IMG/VR virus record: IMGVR_UViG_3300028624_000009
Coordinates: 5,329-69,328 of that record
Direction: 5' to 3' (one strand)
DNA length: 64,000 nucleotides
Source: a virus
Lineage: Duplodnaviria; Caudoviricetes
Shown: positions 61,143 to 64,000 of the stretch, in pieces
How positions within the stretch are numbered: position 1 is the first letter of the stretch
Layout of the letters: every line of letters begins with the position of its first letter
Program-made: the position numbers and the translations under genes
The notes under the pieces: generated by a model
The model's database searches: none
What the model was told of the DNA's origin: nothing
The model's input: only the letters and a program-made list of their open reading frames with translations

Positions 61143-62128
61143 GATACGGAGAATATTATTTGGCGAACCGAAAGCAAATAAACAGTGGTCTGTATGGTAT
61201 TATGATAACAGTATATCATCTAGAATATTAAAGTTTCTTTTTGGTATTCGTGGCTGTTATAGAATCGACGCCGATAACATCAATTTTCAGATGTCGTTGA
61301 CAGGTTTCTTTTTGATATATAACAAGGATACCAATTCATCCGACTATGTATGGACTATGCAGATCGAGAAATATAAGATGAACTTCGGGTATGCAGAAAG
61401 CCTGCATGAGATGAAGCAAAAGTTTGAAGAGATGAAAAAGAATGATGTAGAGACATATATGAAAGAACTTGCCAAGGTTGTACCGCCGAATCAGACAGCT
61501 ACCCAGGATATGTTTGGATAGACCATGTTCGATACTGAGCTTGATATAGAAGTCAGAAACATGCCAAAGAGACGGCGAGCAATGCTGGCCATACTGGATA
61601 GCCCTAAAGGATATGGACAATATCAAGCCCAGTTAGCACAAAATCTTTGCCAGATATTGATTGCAAACGGGCATCCTGTATGCGCTTATGCAATAGTCAT
61701 GCGATTATCGGGTGTTCGGGTTCGGATGATCGGATCGGAGGTGCAGGTTATTGACGGGCCGCAATTGGGTTTTGAATGAGGCAGACGTAAAAGCCATCGA
61801 AATACTGGAAAAAGGCGAACCCAAATCGCTAACAGAACTGGTCCAGGAGATCTATGGTATCGAATCAGATGCAGATCGACATAGAAAAATAAATGCTTTC
61901 AAGAAGCATCTGGATCGCTTAGTTGCCGATGGGTTCTTATCAGCAACACAGGGTAAAAATGACATGAATCGCTCTGTGACGGTCTATATGATATCTAAAA
62001 ACGTTATCATCGGTAAAGGCGGATTGCTGATCATAAACGAAGCAGGCATGGATTTTACAGAACTTGGAAAAATGATAAAAGTTGTGAAGGAAGATGGAAA
62101 AGATCTGGTTCTTCCTCTCACAATCTAG
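61072..62128 (+). CDS. Three hypothetical proteins; the last (61751-62128) is wHTH-like
   Basis: SLTELVQEIY...HLDRLVADGFL. Confidence 0.6.
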
Positions 62129-63351
62129 GTTTTTTCTAGCGGATCAAATGTTACAGTTACAGTCCTGCCAGCAACTGGGATAACCTGTTCTGTCTTCGAA
62201 ACATAACCTTCCTTTACTGCTGTTATATTTAGCAGTTCATTGGCCACTTCCTTCAATCCGATTATGGGGGCAACTCCTTGGGGCATGTCGTTTACTATGA
62301 TGTCGCAGTCCGGGGGTGTCGTGAATATGTTGATATTCCCGATTGCAGTTGGAATAGGTTCCAGAACCTTGTAGATCACGTTTTTGCCGCGAGATACATT
62401 TATGGTTTCATGATGAGAACTGCAACCATCAGCAACTATTGCTATTTCATGTTCACCTGGTGTCATGTCCCAGTAATCTGGAGTTATACGGTGAGTGTCC
62501 TGGCCGTCCACGAAGATCATGGCGTGAGTTGGTTTGGACTTGAATTCAACCCGAACCATGGTGGGAAGATCAGCAATCTTGCATTTTTCATAGGCGGCTT
62601 TAATCTCGCCATGATCGATATACATATTCCGGCCTTTATCATTCGGTTTTGATAGACATTCATCTACCATTATATAATTTATAAAAATGTCTTTCCAGTC
62701 GTCGCGCCGATATAGCTCTTCTTCATCTCCATTGCCGAGATACACCGCGCCCAGGACTCGCCGATACATTTCCATGGGAGAATGCGGGTCAAAATAAACC
62801 GTGATCATCTTTCCGAGAACCAGTTCCTTCATTCGCTCAGTTGCAGATCTCGATCCGCTATATGTTCCTTTCTCAGTAGAATCGATACCCGCGAGACGGA
62901 TCTCCTTGCCATTTACGAAAATTGTGTCTCCATCATCAACCTTGTCGCAAATACCTACAATTCGCCCTCTATCCAACTCTTCCTGTACCAGTGCGGGCGG
63001 CTTTGCTACATCTGAATATGCTTCATAATATTTCATATAAGCATCGTAGTATTGATAATATGAAGAATTTAATGGAAATCCATTGTCATCGAGATATCTC
63101 TTGAATTCTCTAAGATCTGACATTATTGCTTCATAATGAGGCAATATTCCTTCATAGACCTTGAGAGGGTTGTAATGTTGATCGTTAAACCATGTGACTC
63201 TGGTTCGGACTGCCGCGTCGAACTGCCAGAAATTGGTTTGAATTCGTACTAGCCACTGGCGAGCCTTGGCATCAATAGGATTCTCAATTTCTAATAGATC
63301 TGTCGGTATCCGAATCTGACTCAGCTCTTCCTCGTCCACCAAGTTCATCAC
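62125..63351 (-). CDS. Thermonuclease (SNase) with two C-terminal PEGA-like domains
   Basis: VDDGDTI...IRLAGIDSTE...YRRVLG; SKPTHAMIFVDG; TTPPDCDIIVN. Confidence 0.88.
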   Translation of the reverse strand: MMNLVDEEELSQIRIPTDLLEIENPIDAKARQWLVRIQTNFWQFDAAVRTRVTWFNDQHYNPLKVYEGILPHYEAIMSDLREFKRYLDDNGFPLNSSYYQYYDAYMKYYEAYSDVAKPPALVQEELDRGRIVGICDKVDDGDTIFVNGKEIRLAGIDSTEKGTYSGSRSATERMKELVLGKMITVYFDPHSPMEMYRRVLGAVYLGNGDEEELYRRDDWKDIFINYIMVDECLSKPNDKGRNMYIDHGEIKAAYEKCKIADLPTMVRVEFKSKPTHAMIFVDGQDTHRITPDYWDMTPGEHEIAIVADGCSSHHETINVSRGKNVIYKVLEPIPTAIGNINIFTTPPDCDIIVNDMPQGVAPIIGLKEVANELLNITAVKEGYVSKTEQVIPVAGRTVTVTFDPLEKT

Positions 63352-63481
63352 CTCCAGGGATTCTCAATAACGGAGATTCTAATTCTTCTATTAATCCGCA
63401 ACTTACCCTAATTTGCATGGTGGTCTTATTTACCCCCAATGTATAAATCCTTGGTCATTCATTATAATATCCGTGGTTCGC

Positions 63482-63586
63482 ATGATGAGCAAAGAAGAAC
63501 TGGAGAAAAAGGCGAAAGAAGCCCAGAAAAACGTTGACAAGATGTTCATGAAAGCTATTAAAAAGATAGAAGAAGGTGGTAAGTAA
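63482..63586 (+). CDS. 34-aa charged peptide
   Basis: MMSKEELEKKAKEAQKNVDKMF; stop overlaps the next ATG. Confidence 0.45.
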   Translation: MMSKEELEKKAKEAQKNVDKMFMKAIKKIEEGGK

Positions 63587-64000
63587 TGGTTCGACTTGGA
63601 TCATCATCAAAACCCGCAACTGTAAGTATCGGGGGTAGCAGCGGAAAAACCACTACAACCCCGGCCAAAAGTTCCAGTAGCACGTCCTCAACACCAGCAC
63701 CGCAGGCAAAAGCGCCGGCACCAGCTCCAGCTCCAGCATATATAAATCCATATGATAAACCGATATCCCAGACACCTGCCGCTCAGCAGGTCATAAAGCC
63801 TACACCGCCACCGGCGGAGTATGAGTTACCCAGCACACCGCCTCCAGCTCCAGCTCCAGCATATATAAATCCATATGATAAACCGATATCCCAGACACCA
63901 GCTGCTCAGCAGGTCATAAAGCCTACACCGCCACCGGCGGAGTACCGTTTAGAACCCCCAGTTGTTAACATCTACAACCCAGCGACGGGATTGCTCGAAG
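63586..64000 (+). CDS. Pro/Ser/Thr-rich ORF, 3'-truncated; probable N-terminus of the giant protein at the window start
   Basis: Open to the window end; PAEY motifs resemble those at bases 3-100. Confidence 0.7.
   Translation, partial: MVRLGSSSKPATVSIGGSSGKTTTTPAKSSSSTSSTPAPQAKAPAPAPAPAYINPYDKPISQTPAAQQVIKPTPPPAEYELPSTPPPAPAPAYINPYDKPISQTPAAQQVIKPTPPPAEYRLEPPVVNIYNPATGLLE
63721..63944 (+). repeat. ~101-bp direct repeat, period 123
   Basis: PAPAPAYINPYDKPISQTPAAQQVIKPTPPPAEY twice. Confidence 0.9.

Noticed and set aside
1-64000. CRISPR array or mini-array
   Set aside because: No regularly spaced repeats with unique spacers seen; the longer direct repeats are coding duplications.

Overview
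This window looks like most of the genome of an archaeal virus or virus-like extrachromosomal element. The host is inferred to be a Methanosarcinales/Methanotrichales-type methanogen, based on an MC1 chromatin protein, an archaeal PolB with a PIP box, archaeal wHTH regulators, TATA-type promoters and GGTGA/GGAGG ribosome sites. Pro-rich ORFs run off both ends of the window, suggesting a circular genome a little over 64 kb. Modules: (1) a giant PEGA-repeat membrane protein flanked by two thermonucleases; (2) nucleotide, replication and repair genes (ERCC4-like nuclease, ThyA, MazG-like, DNA MTase, PolB, XPD/DinG-like helicase, Prim-Pol-helicase with an adjacent iteron-like origin, DEDD exonuclease, NrdG-like radical SAM, RecA-like ATPase); (3) a ~2.4 kb non-coding control region; (4) ~10 kb of small early-type genes; (5) a putative virion module with beta-rich capsid candidates, beta-helix spikes and an Mtd-like protein. 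I recognised no terminase, portal, HK97 capsid, integrase or reverse transcriptase. The strongest leads are a ~0.9 kb highly structured candidate ncRNA with a tRNA-like acceptor/T-arm minihelix near its 3' end, an Mtd-like gene with a DGR mutagenesis signature but no template or RT in cis, and a ferredoxin:thioredoxin-reductase-like protein. All calls are by eye; no database searches were run.
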